Assembly (NCBI GenBank): GCA_951406725.2
Contig: OX597821.1
Location: 2,232,001-2,296,000, forward strand
DNA: 64,000 nt
Direction of reading: 5' to 3'
DNA from: Octopus vulgaris
Lineage: Eukaryota
Part shown: positions 1 to 12,840 of the stretch, in pieces
How positions within the stretch are numbered: the first letter of the stretch is position 1
How the letters are laid out: the number at the start of each line of letters is the position of its first letter
The notes under the pieces: model-generated
Seen by the model: only the letters and a program-made list of their open reading frames with translations
The model's database searches: none
Told to the model about the DNA's origin: nothing
Program-made: the position numbers and the translations under genes

Positions 1-20
1 TATATGACTAAGTACATCTA

Positions 21-85
<65 letters not shown>

Positions 86-496
86 CTCTCTCTATCTATA
101 TGCATATGTATATATATATATATATAGATGTTTGTTCGTTTGTTTGTATGTATGTGAGACGGTATGTAGAGTGTGTTGTGTGAGTGTGTGTGAATAGGTG
201 TATTGTAAACAGAGAATATTTTACGAAAAATAGTGTGGAGATAAGTGAAACGTGAGACAATAGAAGACATAGTTGAGGAGATAACTTAGTGACCGGCCCT
301 CAAATATATTTCTAAATAGATAGGTATATAGTTTAGAGGTTAGATAGATCAATCGATCTAGTGATAAATTGAGAAAACAACAGACAAGTAGACGAACGGA
401 AAGAAGTACAGATTGACAGAAAAATAGATAGACTGTCGACAGATACGCACAAATACCAAGACAAATTATACTGGTGGTAGATAGTCATATATATAT

Positions 497-557
<61 letters not shown>

Positions 558-586
558 CATGTATCGATAGAAGATGGATATGTAGG

Positions 587-632
<46 letters not shown>

Positions 633-645
633 CCTACATACCTAC

Positions 646-676
<31 letters not shown>

Positions 677-862
677 CATATATTTATATATATGTATATA
701 TCATATATATTTGCATATGTATATGTTTTATATATATATGCATGCGTTGATATATATACATATATGTATACATATGTATATATGCATATATATATTTATA
801 TATAAATATATATATATTTATATATATATATATATATATGTATATGTATGTATATTTATATG

Positions 863-893
<31 letters not shown>

Positions 894-1572
894 TTATATA
901 TGTATGTGTATGTATATATTTATATATGTGTCTATATATATATATATATGTATATATATATACATATGTATATGTGTATGTATTCTCACACATATACACA
1001 CATATATATTCTTTGCGTATGTGTACGCTCATGTATACATTCATGCATACATACATACATACATACACGCATGCATACATATACACATACATGCAGAGTG
1101 AGAAAGAAAATTAAAGCTTCAAATTTCGTTTAAACTTTTTTTAACTTTGGCAACTTTGCCTCAACTTTCTTAACTTGTTCGATTCGTTAAATTTTATAGA
1201 AGCAGCGTAAATTTTAACAGATAAAAAAATTAGAGCAATACAAATTCACAAAATAAAAACAAAAACACGTGACAAAAAACAACTACAAAGACAACAAAAC
1301 CTGAAGTAGTTTACACTTTGCAATTAGAGTTACTATAGATAAAGCTACATCTTCTTTTGATGATATATACATAGTAGTAGTATGATGAGCTATAACTGTA
1401 TTGGTGCAATCAATTAATACTTTATTGCGTCGTTGCACTTTTAAAGTGACTTTCTTTGTCAGATATAGTCGTATGTATGTATGTATGTATGTATGTATGT
1501 ATGTATGTATTATGTATGTATGTATGTAGGTAGGTACGTATGTATGTTTGTATGTATATATGCTTACACGCA

Positions 1573-1639
<67 letters not shown>

Positions 1640-1716
1640 GCATAAATATATGCATATATATGTATAGATATGTATGTGTATATATAAATATATATATATA
1701 CATGCACACATAACTA

Positions 1717-1765
<49 letters not shown>

Positions 1766-2040
1766 TTGTGTGTGTCTGTGTGTATGTATATATATATATA
1801 CATATATTTATGTATACACATATGTTTGTATATATATATATATGTATACTTATGCATATATAGACATATATATATATGTATACATGTGTGTATATACATA
1901 TATATATATATATATGTATGTATATATATATATATATTCACATATACATACACACACACGCACACACACATATATAAATATATGTATATACATATATATA
2001 CGTATGTATATATATATACATATATGTACGTTGTGTGTGT
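1..2040. repeat. Compound microsatellite/low-complexity tract: (TATC)n, (TA)n, (TATG)n, (TG)n
   Basis: Directly visible; explains the YI-rich ORFs in the track. Confidence 0.95.
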
Positions 2041-2170
2041 AAGTTCATTTATTTATATTTTTTATTCGTGTTTCAAAGTCATTTAACGGTGTGCTTTCAC
2101 AGTAATTATCTTAATGGGGAAATTCAGCATCTGTCCATATATTTCAATATCACTTCGTTCAAACACGAAG

Positions 2171-2244
2171 TATAAAAGCAGCCGCCATTTTGTTTGAAGC
2201 GCTGTGATATTTGGTCTTGATCAAAAGTAGTTATTCGGGTGAGT
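2171..2244 (+). promoter_or_regulatory. Possible core promoter/short first exon: TATA box, YY1-like motif, splice donor
   Basis: TATAAAAG at 2171, GCCGCCATTTTG at 2181, G|GTGAGT at 2238-2244 in non-microsatellite sequence; motif co-occurrence only. Confidence 0.25.
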
Positions 2245-3062
2245 TGTTCATTTGGTGTAATATAGTTATTTTGTTCAGCGGATTATTGTAACAAATGAAG
2301 TTATAAGTCGGCTTGTAATGGTTAGTGATGAGTATGTTTAGGGGGAGATCGAAAGAGTGACAAATAGTGGGAGAAGCTGATGGGGAGATAAATAAATTGA
2401 GAGGGGAATAGCATAGCGGGAAATGTTGAAAGACAGAGAGGCGGGAAAATTAAGGGGTAGGGTGAAAGAAATCAGTTTAGCTTGAAGGATTTTGTCGATA
2501 TATCTCAATAAGAACGTGATCCAGCATGGCTTCATTGCGACTATCGTTTGTAACCTCAAAGGCAAATTTATAGAATCGCTTAAGTCACGTTCAGCTAAAT
2601 GTTCGAAAGTATCTCTGCAGTCAAAACAATCCAACAGAGATATTTTGTTTTCTTCTGATAAAAAAAAAGAGAGAAAAAGTGGGGAAAAGACTCGGTTTAT
2701 GAATATATGCATATCAGAACATTTGTACAGAAACACGCACATATACACATATGACTATATGTTGATATATACGTTTGTATATATACACACAAACGTTCAC
2801 ACAAACACATGTACATATATATATATATCCACACGTACCTGCTAAGAGATAACATATACAAAGAGATACAAACATATACAAACATATACACAGAGACACG
2901 TGCATGCATAAACACGTAGACTATCTCGGTTCAGGTTCACTAAAACAAAGAAACAAATACCAATATATTGTTTATTGCTTTTTAAACAGAAACATAAATG
3001 GACGCTGACTTAGAAGGTTCTCCGATAATATATATACACACATGTCTGTCTGTCTGTCTGTA

Positions 3063-3101
<39 letters not shown>

Positions 3102-3714
3102 ATGTATGTATGTATGTATGTATGAATGTATGCATGTATGAATGTATGCACCTCTTTATTGATCTGCAACATTTTACTGATTTTTCCTGTGTCTGGTGTG
3201 CCTAGACGTGTTTACATCCTTTATGAGCTCAAACGTTCGATGGTGTTCTCCTTCCTGTCTTCTCAACGTTTCCTTCTTTTGATGCTGTCCATTGCCAGTT
3301 CGTTTCAGTGTAATTAATGATAGCAGTCTTCTGCATGATATGATTGTTTTCCTGAAATCTTGAGGCTAAATTTCGTAAAATCCCCGTTCATTATAGACAT
3401 ACTTTGACATTTCTTGTCAATAGCCGAAATATCTCATTAACCTGGGCGACGAAAATTCAATTTTTTAAATTTTTTATTCATATTTGCGATTCTGTACATA
3501 AAATCATCACATAGCAGAGGCACAATGTTTCTCCCGATCTTACACGCCATCAGTGAGTTGCTGCACTCCAGGAAGCCAAACCAGTAACAACCCCGAAAAA
3601 GAAAAACAAGTAATAACTGTACGCCCACGCATGCTACCTATCACAGCTAACTAGCAAGTTTTCGTGGACATATCGGTCGCATATTCCATGAACAACTCTC
3701 ACCACAGAATTCCT

Positions 3715-3885
3715 TATTTCTTTATAGCTCACAAGGGGCGAAACATAGAGGGACAAACACGGACAGAAAAAAAGGGATTAAGTCGATCCCATCGTCCCAA
3801 GTGCGTAACTGGTAATTAATTTATCGACCCCCATAGGATTACAGACAAAGTCAACCTAGACGGAGTTTGAACTCAGAAGGTAACG
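3715..3885 (-). mobile_element. tRNA-derived SINE family A, partial
   Basis: Similar to the copies at 39751-40168 and 56140-56553. Confidence 0.7.
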
Positions 3886-4184
3886 GATTTGAAATTCTGT
3901 GTACAAATAAGTTTTTCCTTGATACGAACAAATCGTTAAATACTTCGCTCAGTTTGTCTATACTATCTATCACAGTTTATTTCTGTATATAATTTTAATT
4001 TGATTTACTAAGTTCATTTGTCAGTAAAATCTGATGTCAGTAGAAATAGTATCCTCTAAGGACGCAATTACTGTCAAGTGTTTAAATAAGGCATGTTGTG
4101 AATGAAGTATAATTTACATTATTCGAGTCTTTTACATATGATTAATTTCAGCCATATATTTCTCATGAAGATTTATGCCAGACA

Positions 4185-4462
4185 AGGTGGCAGAATCGTT
4201 AGCACGCCGGGGAAACTGTTTACCGGTATTTCACCCGTGGATGCATTCTGAGTTCAAATTCTCCCGAGGTCGACTTTGCCTTTCATTCTTTCGGGGCTGA
4301 TAAATTTAGTACCAGTTGCGTACTGGGGTCAATCTAATCGACTGGCCACTTCTCCTAAAATTTCAGGCGTTGTGCCTACAGTAATAAAGAATTGTTAGCA
4401 CGCCGGGCGAAATGCTTAGCGGTATTTCGCCCGTCGATACGTTCTGAGTTCAAATTCCCCCG
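4185..4462 (+). mobile_element. SINE family A plus a second partial head
   Basis: Box A-like TGGCAGAATCGTT, box B-like GAGTTCAAATTC, body GTCGACTTTGCCTTTCAT..GATAAATT..GTACCAG. Confidence 0.8.
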
Positions 4463-4599
4463 ATTACGCGTTAAGTACTTTACCATTAAGCTGAACTGCT
4501 CGAACAGCAAATGTTTTATCTTAGGTTAAATTCAACTTCCGTTGAAAGTAAACAACCAAATTTCGCTTCAGAAGCGTTGATATTCAAAGTAATTTGAAT

Positions 4600-4632
<33 letters not shown>

Positions 4633-4636
4633 CATG

Positions 4637-4704
<68 letters not shown>

Positions 4705-4993
4705 TAATGCAATACTAGAGTATTGATTTCCAGTAAAGAATAGCCCGTGAGGGAAAAATATACAACTGGAAAGACATATCTTGAAAAGTCTGAAACCTGC
4801 GAAGGTCCCACATTATCCTTTTCCAGGTATTTCATCTTTCAGATGTTCTCCCTGGAGGTAAGACATTTTTTTCTAGTTTGTTGCACACACGCATTTTTGC
4901 TAGTACATACGCGGTGAAGCTATACATTAGCGTCGTATTATTACGTTTGCTATTTCCAGTAAATATCGGTACTTCGTTGTGCCATATATTTAC

Positions 4994-5083
<90 letters not shown>

Positions 5084-5096
5084 ACACATACATGTA

Positions 5097-5481
5097 TCTC
5101 TCTATATATAAACGGCAGTTTGTCTGTGCGTGTTTCTGTGTGTCTGTTTGCTTGTACCCTCACCCTGACCACGGCTTTCAACCGATTCTGATGAAACTTG
5201 ACACACACATAGCCCAATGTCATAATTCAAAACTAACGCAGCGAAAATTTTGAAAAGTTCCCCCAGTTCTGAAAAAAATCGATAAATTCGACATGGGGTC
5301 CAGAATCACAAACACAAACCACAAACTGTCTAGGGGACGCAACTCCACCTTTTTTTACTCTCAAAAAAAAATTTACCATCATTTTTTTCCATCTTTTTGC
5401 TATTTTTTTGGCTATAACTCTCTAAAAATGCTTTATAGTTATTTCCCTTACAAACCTGAGCAACGCCGGGCGATACTGCTA

Positions 5482-5482
<1 letters not shown>
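5097..5482 (+). mobile_element. Non-autonomous Helitron
   Basis: A|TC start, subterminal GC hairpin (gagcaacgccggg), CTAG|T end; 3' end shared with the copies at 43448, 50533 and 51311. Confidence 0.8.
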
Positions 5483-5523
<41 letters not shown>

Positions 5524-5658
5524 TCAGCTTATCTAAATTCAATAAGGAAAATATTTATAACCTCTATGGATTGCTCGAAGCATACTAACTTCCTACAGTT
5601 TGATGCTTGGATTTCACCTTTACTCAAACACACACACTCACACACACACACACGCACC

Positions 5659-5695
<37 letters not shown>

Positions 5696-5971
5696 TATTT
5701 ATATTTGTTAGATAAATGTATATACATGTGTGTGTGATGGCGTACGCGTGTCACGTGTGCACGTATGCTTGCTGTTCATGATTTTGTGCCTTTCCAGAGG
5801 CTACGCGTTCCGTATCTGTGAAATTTGGCATATGAGTTTCGTATCGAAGAATATTTTGCAAACATTCATTAAACTTCCATTAAATTTTCAACGCTTGTAC
5901 ACACGCACACACACATACACACACACAAACACATAACACACATATATGTATACACACATACACAAATATGT

Positions 5972-6046
<75 letters not shown>

Positions 6047-6507
6047 CATGCACATTAACACAAGCGGGTTTGTTCTCTAAGGAATCAGAAGTGAGTCTTG
6101 GAAACTCTAAGGAGACCATGAATTTCTAATGTAAGTTCACTGAGTGGAATTTTTACAAATTTCTAATTAAATGAAGGAAAAAATCAACTAAATAAAGTAG
6201 CAAACATCAGAAAACTTACTTTAATAATAGATCATGTAATTCTCGGACATACATTATTCATTTGGTGAGACACTGAAAAATAGATTGATGAACAAATATA
6301 AATGAAAAGCATATATAAATACGTATACTTACTTATTCACAGAAGCGCAGAAAAAGAATAGTAAATTAATTTTATGAAAAAACGGAAGACAGATACACTT
6401 GATAAAGAGACATAAACTAGAACATACATGTGTGTGTTTATAATCATGTGTATGTATGTGTGTGTATGCATACACATATATAATGCGATGTATGTAAATT
6501 AGTATTG

Positions 6508-6965
6508 TGGAAGCGCAACGATCCAGTGTTTAGGGCAACGGACTTGCGGTAGTAGGATCGTGGTTTCGATTCCCAGACCAGGCGTTGTGAGTGTTTATTG
6601 AGCGAAAACACCTAAAGTCCACAAGGCTCCAGCAGGGAATTGTGGCGAACCCTGCAGTACCTTTTCACCATAACTTTCTCTCACTTCTTCTTCTTGTTTC
6701 TGTTGTACCAGTATTTCAAAGGGCCATCTGAATCTCCCCGAGAGCTATGTTAAGGGTGCACGTGTCTGTGGAGGGCTCAGCCACTTGTATGTTAATTTCA
6801 CGAGTAGGCTGTTCCAATGTCAGTATTTCGCCCGTCGCTACGTTCTGGGTTGAAATTCTGCCGTGGTCGACTTTGCCTTTCGACCTTTCATGGTCGATAA
6901 ATTTAGTACCGGTTAAGTACTCGGGTCGATCTGATCTACCAGCCCCGTCTCCCAAAATTTCAGGT
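6508..6965 (+). mobile_element. SINE family C followed by a partial family A SINE
   Basis: tRNA-like head GGAAGCGC..GGTTTCGATTCCC similar to 17657 and 25760; family A body from about 6820. Confidence 0.7.
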
Positions 6966-7412
6966 TTATATGAATGCATATTATCGCACATGAGTATATA
7001 TGCTGTACATCCGTATTGAAATAAACAACCACCCCGGTTGCTCACCATGGACTATAAAATGAACCCTTTTTCAGCTTATCGTACTTCGATACAGCAAAAT
7101 GCACAACCTTCTGCGTCAATAAGTCATTATTGTTCCTGAAAGTTTTTTTTATATCTCCCAAGGATTATTTGAAACTCACTAACTTCCTATACTTTGATCC
7201 TTGGACTTTACCTTTACATATATACATGTGCGTTTGTATTTATATGTATATACATACATATACATAAATACATATTTATATATACATACGTATATTTATA
7301 TATAAATATATGTGTGTGTCTGGTACTTAATGTATATATACGTTTTTTTGTTGCAGAAACAGCAGATAAAAATCTAATCAATACATATAATAAAGTACAA
7401 TTAAGTAATTCT

Positions 7413-7535
7413 ATGCAGCTGACGCTTCCCTGCGTCGCTGTTCAATGCATCCAGCTCTTGGCGTTAGTTCAGGCGATATTTCGTGATAGCCAAGATGGCG
7501 GTGGGATCACGTCTGCTTGATCAGCGCTGACCTTG
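7413..7535 (+). repeat. Interspersed repeat; inverted diverged copy at 16300-16420
   Basis: gttcaggcgatatttcgtgatagccaagatggcgg here versus ccgccatcttggctatcgtgaaatatcgcctgaac at about 16334. Confidence 0.65.
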
Positions 7536-7974
7536 ATTAACAGGCTAGCAACAGAATAACTAAAAAATCATAGAGTCAGATTATATTTAGAAACAATATC
7601 TAAATATTGTGAGAAAGAACGGATATCAAAGTGATACTGGAATACAAAATATAGTTATTCATCTAAGTTCAATCATGTACGTATATTTATATTTTTACAA
7701 ATACATACATACATACATACATGCACACACATACACACATATATATAAATATATAAACTCTTACACACACGAATATCAGCGTACATATTTTGATCACAGT
7801 GGGACGCATGGAGCCTCTAAAATGTAATCATTGCCTGATAACATTAAGCAGGAAATATAATAACACCACTTTAACATGTTTTCTGAGCCAAGTATTTTGA
7901 TAAAAGTGAGTCTGATAACATTATGCTTCAATATAATTTAACGATATCTCTATCTTCTTTTCTCTACTTCTTTT

Positions 7975-8165
7975 TGTCTATGGCCGCCGCCTTGTTATAG
8001 CATAGGTTTCAAGACTTTTAGTCGAAAAAAATCGACTTTGGTATCTCTTTCTAAAGTCTATTACTTAGTTTCGGTTTCGTTTACTGATCTCGTAAATTAG
8101 GGGACGTAAACAAACCGACAGGGTTCACAAGTTGTAGTGGAAGAGGGATAGACACAAAAACACAC
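7975..8165 (-). mobile_element. 3' half of bipartite SINE family D, degraded
   Basis: Similar to the reverse complement of 26870-27062 (ggggacgtaaacaaaccgaca). Confidence 0.5.
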
Positions 8166-8411
8166 AGATCTGTAGAGATGTGCATATATATATGTATATG
8201 TATATACGTACATACATATATGCACACATATAGAATATGAAATTGGTATATATATATATTTGTATGCGTGTGTGTGTGTGGTACTTAATGTATATACGGT
8301 TTTTTGATATATATATATATATATATATATACATACATATATATATATATATATATATGAAAAAACAAGTCAAAAATAGAAAATGCTAAAATAATTTTAT
8401 AGTGAACATTT

Positions 8412-8449
8412 CAGTACCGGTTTCGGTCATTTTGAGACCTTTTCAACTG
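8412..8449 (-). ncRNA. Minimal type I hammerhead ribozyme, U3:A8 core variant (3' pLTR)
   Basis: Minus strand: cag TTGAAAA ggtc tcaaaat gacc GAAA ccgg TA ctg. Confidence 0.75.
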
Positions 8450-8807
8450 TAACGATTAAATAATTAAATTTAGAAAAATTAGAAGAAAAGTTTTTTTAAA
8501 AGAATATTTCTATAGTAGTGTTCAGATTTAAGTGGCATTCTGCCTTTCTCTGACTCCCTTGTTTGCACTTGTGTGTCGGAGGTCGTTGTGAGTTCTTGGT
8601 AGGGTAGTAGAGGAAGAAGGCTGGTGAGGAAAGGGGGTGGGAGAATCTGGGAGTGCCCTGATGGTCGTATTTTGAATGGTCAGTGGCGGCTGGCAGTCTC
8701 AGTTCAATTCAGGAGAATATTTATATTGACAGGCTTGTTTATAGAATTAGCGTAGGTGTTATACTAAAAAACATTAGTGACAAAGTTAAGGGGTAGGGGG
8801 TGGAGAA

Positions 8808-9024
8808 GTAGAAGAAGAAGAAGAAGAAGAAGAAGAAGAAGAAGAAGAAGAGAAGGAGAAGATGACGATGATGGTGGTGATGATTATGACGACGATGATG
8901 ATGATAATGATGATGATGAAGAAGAAGAAGAAGAAGAAGAAGAAGAAGAAGGAGGAGAAGACAAGATGGTGGTGATGATGGTGGTGATGATGATGACGAC
9001 GATGATGATGATAATGATGATGAT

Positions 9025-9059
<35 letters not shown>

Positions 9060-9065
9060 AGAAAA
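8808..9065. repeat. Duplicated (GAA)n/(GAT)n compound repeat in the PLE 3' UTR
   Basis: Two similar GAA-run/GAT-run blocks. Confidence 0.9.
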
Positions 9066-9194
9066 AAAACAGAGAAGGGAGAATATGAATGGGTGTAAGT
9101 ATAGCTATGAAGGGGCTGATTAGTAATGGATTCTATGGAGTGTAATATTTGTGTGTGTATATATATTTTTCTTTTATTCTAAAGTTGAGGTATA

Positions 9195-11524
9195 TTAATT
9201 GTTTGTCGTAGACCCGTTTAGAAGTGGCTTGTATTTTGTAATAAAGAGATTTTCTTTACTTATTCGTTGTCTCGAGGTTGTATCGTCCCTAAATTGGTAG
9301 AGGGGAAAATTCTGAAGTTTGGTGTTTTTTTGTTGGCGCAAGTATCTATGTGTTGGCTAAAAGCTATTTTTCTGTTTTGGGGAATTTTTATCTGGGATCT
9401 GTGCAGGGCCATTCGTTTACGCAAACCATTTTTTGTTTGGCCTATGTACTGCTCTTGACACCCGGAGCAGGTTAGTGAGTATATTAGGTTCTCCGAAGCA
9501 CATGTGAAGTTGCTTTTCACTGTAAACCGTTGTCCCTGTTTGAAGGAGAACTCTGCTACCTCAATTAGATAGTCGCATATCCCGCAATTGGGTCTTCCAC
9601 ATTTTTTTACTGTCGGCTTCTGTGTTGAGGAGTGAATTCGGGCTTGTGTAAGGAGACTTTTCATGGATCTAGGCTGTCTTTTGCTTTTTATGATCGTGTG
9701 TGTTTGGAGGATTGTGTTCATTCTGTGGTCTTTTTTTAGGAGGGGTATGTTGTGGAGGATGGTGTCGAATGCTTCGTTATTGAGAGGGTTGTGTGTGGAG
9801 ATGTATGGTAAGGCTTTTGGTTGTAAGTTTTTCTTTGATTTGGGATGTCTCAGTTCCTTGATGTTAAGTTGAAGGGCACGTTGAATGCACTTGTCAATAA
9901 GTGAAGGTGGATAGTTCCTGGTGATTAGGGTATCTTTTAGTTCTTGTAGTCGTGTGTCTCTGGTGTTTGCGTTAGAGACTATAGTGCATATCCTTTTTGC
10001 TAGATTGAAGGGGATATTCATCCCGGTGTGTCTGGGGTGGCATGAATTGAATGGAAGATATTGCTTAGAGTCTGTAGGCTTATAGTATATGTCTGTTTCT
10101 ATTATATTATTAGCTTTCTTAATGAGGATATCGAGGAAGGGGAGTTGTTGTTGGCTATATTCCATCGTGAATTGGATGTTTACGTCCAGTCCGTTTAAAA
10201 TTTTCTGGAATTCTATGAGTTTTTCTATATTATTATGCCAAAGGATGAAACAGTCATCTAGATATCTCTTCCAGTTGTTTTCTATGTAGATGGAGAAAGG
10301 GCTGCCATATCTTTCTAGAACCTTACGATACAGACTGATCTCTAGGTATCCTATGACTAGGTTGGCAAAGGAGGGGGCCATTCGTGTACCCATCGCAGTC
10401 CCCGATTTTTGTCGGTAGAAGTTGTCATTGAAGGCGAAGAAGTTATTTTCCAGGATGAATTTAACCCCTTCTATCACAAATTCTTTTTTGATGCGGTGTG
10501 GTAGTTCGTTGGCGTGATTCTCTAGCCAGAATTGGATTGCCTCTAGTCCTAGGTTGTGGGGGATATTGGAGTAGAGGTTGACTACATCGAAGGATACCAG
10601 TATGGTGTTTTTGTTTATAGTATTCGGTAGGTGATTGAGCATATCTAAGTCGTCCCTTATATAGCTTTTGACATGTTTGAGGAGTGGTTTTAACAGGGTG
10701 TCTAAAAAGTTACTGAGGCGGTGGGTTTCGCATGCAGGACCTGCTATTATGGGTCTCAATTTGAGGTCATTAGGATTAGGGACTTTAATTATTTTGTCTG
10801 TAGCTATCTTGCATGCGTTGCTTATTTTTTCACTTTTGTGGATCTTAGGTATACCGTAGAATTGGCTAGTTTTACTTGTGAAATTGGTCATATAATCATA
10901 TTCTTTGTCGGTGAGCCCTGCTTTGTATGGGTTTAATATGGATTTTAGTTCCCTAATTATTTTTTGTTGACTGTAGTTTTGTGCCTTTTCATAGTATGTT
11001 GTGTCTTCCAGCATAGAAAGTACCAAAGTTATGTAAAATGTCGTATCCATTAAGACAACAGCACTCCCTTTATCGGCCTCTTTGATTGTTATTGTTTTAT
11101 CTAGTTTTAATTTGTTCAACTCAGCCCATTCTTTTTTGCTGAAGTTTGGTTTGTGTTTTTGTTTGTGCATATGTTGATATGGGTAATTTGATATGTGGTC
11201 ACAGAAATCTTCAAGTGTTTTATTCTTACATTTCGAGGGGGTGTAGTTACTCCTATTTCTGGCTAACGATTCGTCCTCGTTGTATTTATCGTATAGCTCC
11301 TCAGTAAGTCTTAATTTTCTGCAGAATTCTGCGATGTCTTCTTTCATTTCATTGTAGTTGGGGTGTTGTGGGGTGGGTGTAAACTTGAGTCCTTTGGAAA
11401 GTATGTTTATTTGGTTTGCTGTTAGTTCCTTGTGAGTTAGATTAATATTTTTTATTACGTTTGGTTCCTCCTGCTTGTTTGGTGCTATCTGGTGTCTCTG
11501 TGTTTGCGTATTGGGTCTAAAAAA
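9195..11524 (-). CDS. PLE ORF2: reverse transcriptase, Cys knuckle and GIY-YIG endonuclease; one 1-bp frameshift near 9301
   Basis: INLT..LSKGLKFTPTP, ADKGSAVV, FYGIPKIHK, RPII, SFDVVNLYSNIP, GTAMGT, RYLDD, CGRPNCGIC, LIY..CSGC..YIGQT; the shifted frame continues FYQF..KENLFITKYKPLLN to TAA at 9195-9197. Confidence 0.93.
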
Positions 11525-12720
11525 TGAATGCGGTGGTTGGGACGGTAGCTAGTATATAGTTGTTCTTTGTTGATTAGGGGTCTCCTGTTGTGATTTATGG
11601 TGTGTGTTCTTGGAGCAGTATTGAGGAGAGCATCCCGATATCCCATATTCGGGTGTGGTGTTATAGGAGGCCTTCGTTGGTAATCATTGCAAGTGGTGTG
11701 GGTTTGTTGTGCATGGTTGTTTAACCGGTTAATGGGACGAAGATTTCGTTGGTAACTCCTTTGGGTGGGGATGAGGTTGCAGTGTCTATGCTGTGGGTGT
11801 TGATTTATCCTTTCTCTGCTTGAAGTGGGGGTATTCCTGATATTGTATCGCTGGCTGCTTACAGAGTTAGGGTTAGGTCCTGTATTCTTTTTTTGATAGT
11901 AGTGAAGGTTCCGATTTTTAGACAGGTGTGTATCGGTGTTTGGGTGTTGTTTTGGTTTTCTTATTTTCTGGAAAGGGTTGTTGGAGGCGTGCTCTGTTTG
12001 AAAGACGGCTTCATAGTCTGAGAACCAAGTGGCGCTTTTCTCCCAGCGTTGGAGAGATTTTAGTTCTTCTTTTTCACAGTCCTCTTTCCATAGTTTGGAG
12101 AACTTCTCTTGATCTGGGCCTTGGGTCATTTTGCGAATTTCTTCGTTGATATCTTCATCGGTGGATTTTATTTTATCCTCATTCGTTTGGGCCCTCAATT
12201 TCAGAAGTTCTATTTCCATTTTCATTTTTTCCAGTGCCATTCTCTCCCTGAGGTGTCTTTGTGTTTCAGGTTCTTCTGTAATAGCTTTGAACTGGAATTT
12301 ACGTGGGAGGATTAACGGGGTCCGGTTGAGCCATTTTTCGTATATATCCGCTTTGTTGTTGTTTTGGATCATCTTCCAAAAGGCGAACTTTCTATCTCTG
12401 AGTGATTTGTTCCATTGTGGTATTATGTGGTGTTTCATTTGGTATGTTGTTAGAGTATTGATCCCATATATTGACGCGTTTGGAGGTCCTTGGTTAGCGT
12501 TGTTAGAGAAAAATGTTCTAATTGTTTCGCATAAGTTTCCAAGGTTTTCGACAATTTCGGAGGTTGTATTTTTCGTATCTGTTTCTTCATTGTTCTCTCG
12601 ATTGGGTTGAAGTGTCGAGTCGAATTTGTTCAAAAAAGTTGACAAATTTGTGTTGATTTTCTTGAGTTCTTTCAGTATTTCTTCGTTTATGGAGGTGATT
12701 GTGTCTGTTTTTGTCGGCAT
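11485..12720 (-). CDS. PLE ORF1, 411-aa predicted coiled-coil protein with basic, disordered C-terminus
   Basis: Open from ATG 12720 (MPTKTD) inside the element; heptad-like segments INEEILKELKKINTNL and ALEKMKMEIELLKLR; product type is inference. Confidence 0.8.
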   Translation of the reverse strand: MPTKTDTITSINEEILKELKKINTNLSTFLNKFDSTLQPNRENNEETDTKNTTSEIVENLGNLCETIRTFFSNNANQGPPNASIYGINTLTTYQMKHHIIPQWNKSLRDRKFAFWKMIQNNNKADIYEKWLNRTPLILPRKFQFKAITEEPETQRHLRERMALEKMKMEIELLKLRAQTNEDKIKSTDEDINEEIRKMTQGPDQEKFSKLWKEDCEKEELKSLQRWEKSATWFSDYEAVFQTEHASNNPFQKIRKPKQHPNTDTHLSKNRNLHYYQKKNTGPNPNSVSSQRYNIRNTPTSSRERINQHPQHRHCNLIPTQRSYQRNLRPINRLNNHAQQTHTTCNDYQRRPPITPHPNMGYRDALLNTAPRTHTINHNRRPLINKEQLYTSYRPNHRIHFLDPIRKHRDTR

Positions 12721-12840
12721 TTTCTGTATCTCGTGTGGGTTAATGATATGTATAAGGGTGAAAAGGAACACACGAGTTGATATATATGAAAAAACAAGTC
12801 AAAAATAGAAAATGCTAAAATAATTTTATAGTGAACATTT

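Noticed and set aside
76-2086. Many YI/IY, VC, poly-N, poly-I and poly-Y ORFs here and throughout the window
   Set aside because: Translations of (TA)n, (TG)n and (AAT)n microsatellites, which lack stops in some frames
4745-4812. Hammerhead-like 3' half: agac..gtct GAAA cct gcga agg TC ccac
   Set aside because: No CUGANGA or UUGANAA box, and no matching stem I strand at the required position; at most a rearranged relic
8777-9088. 103-aa R/D/E/K-rich ORF
   Set aside because: Translation of GAA/GAT repeats, antisense to the PLE 3' UTR
9195-12720. Selenocysteine recoding as reported for some Naiad PLEs
   Set aside because: No in-frame TGA in either ORF, and I could not identify a SECIS element
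9267-12808. Plus-strand ORFs overlapping the PLE
   Set aside because: Antisense shadows of A-rich coding frames with no recognisable motifs
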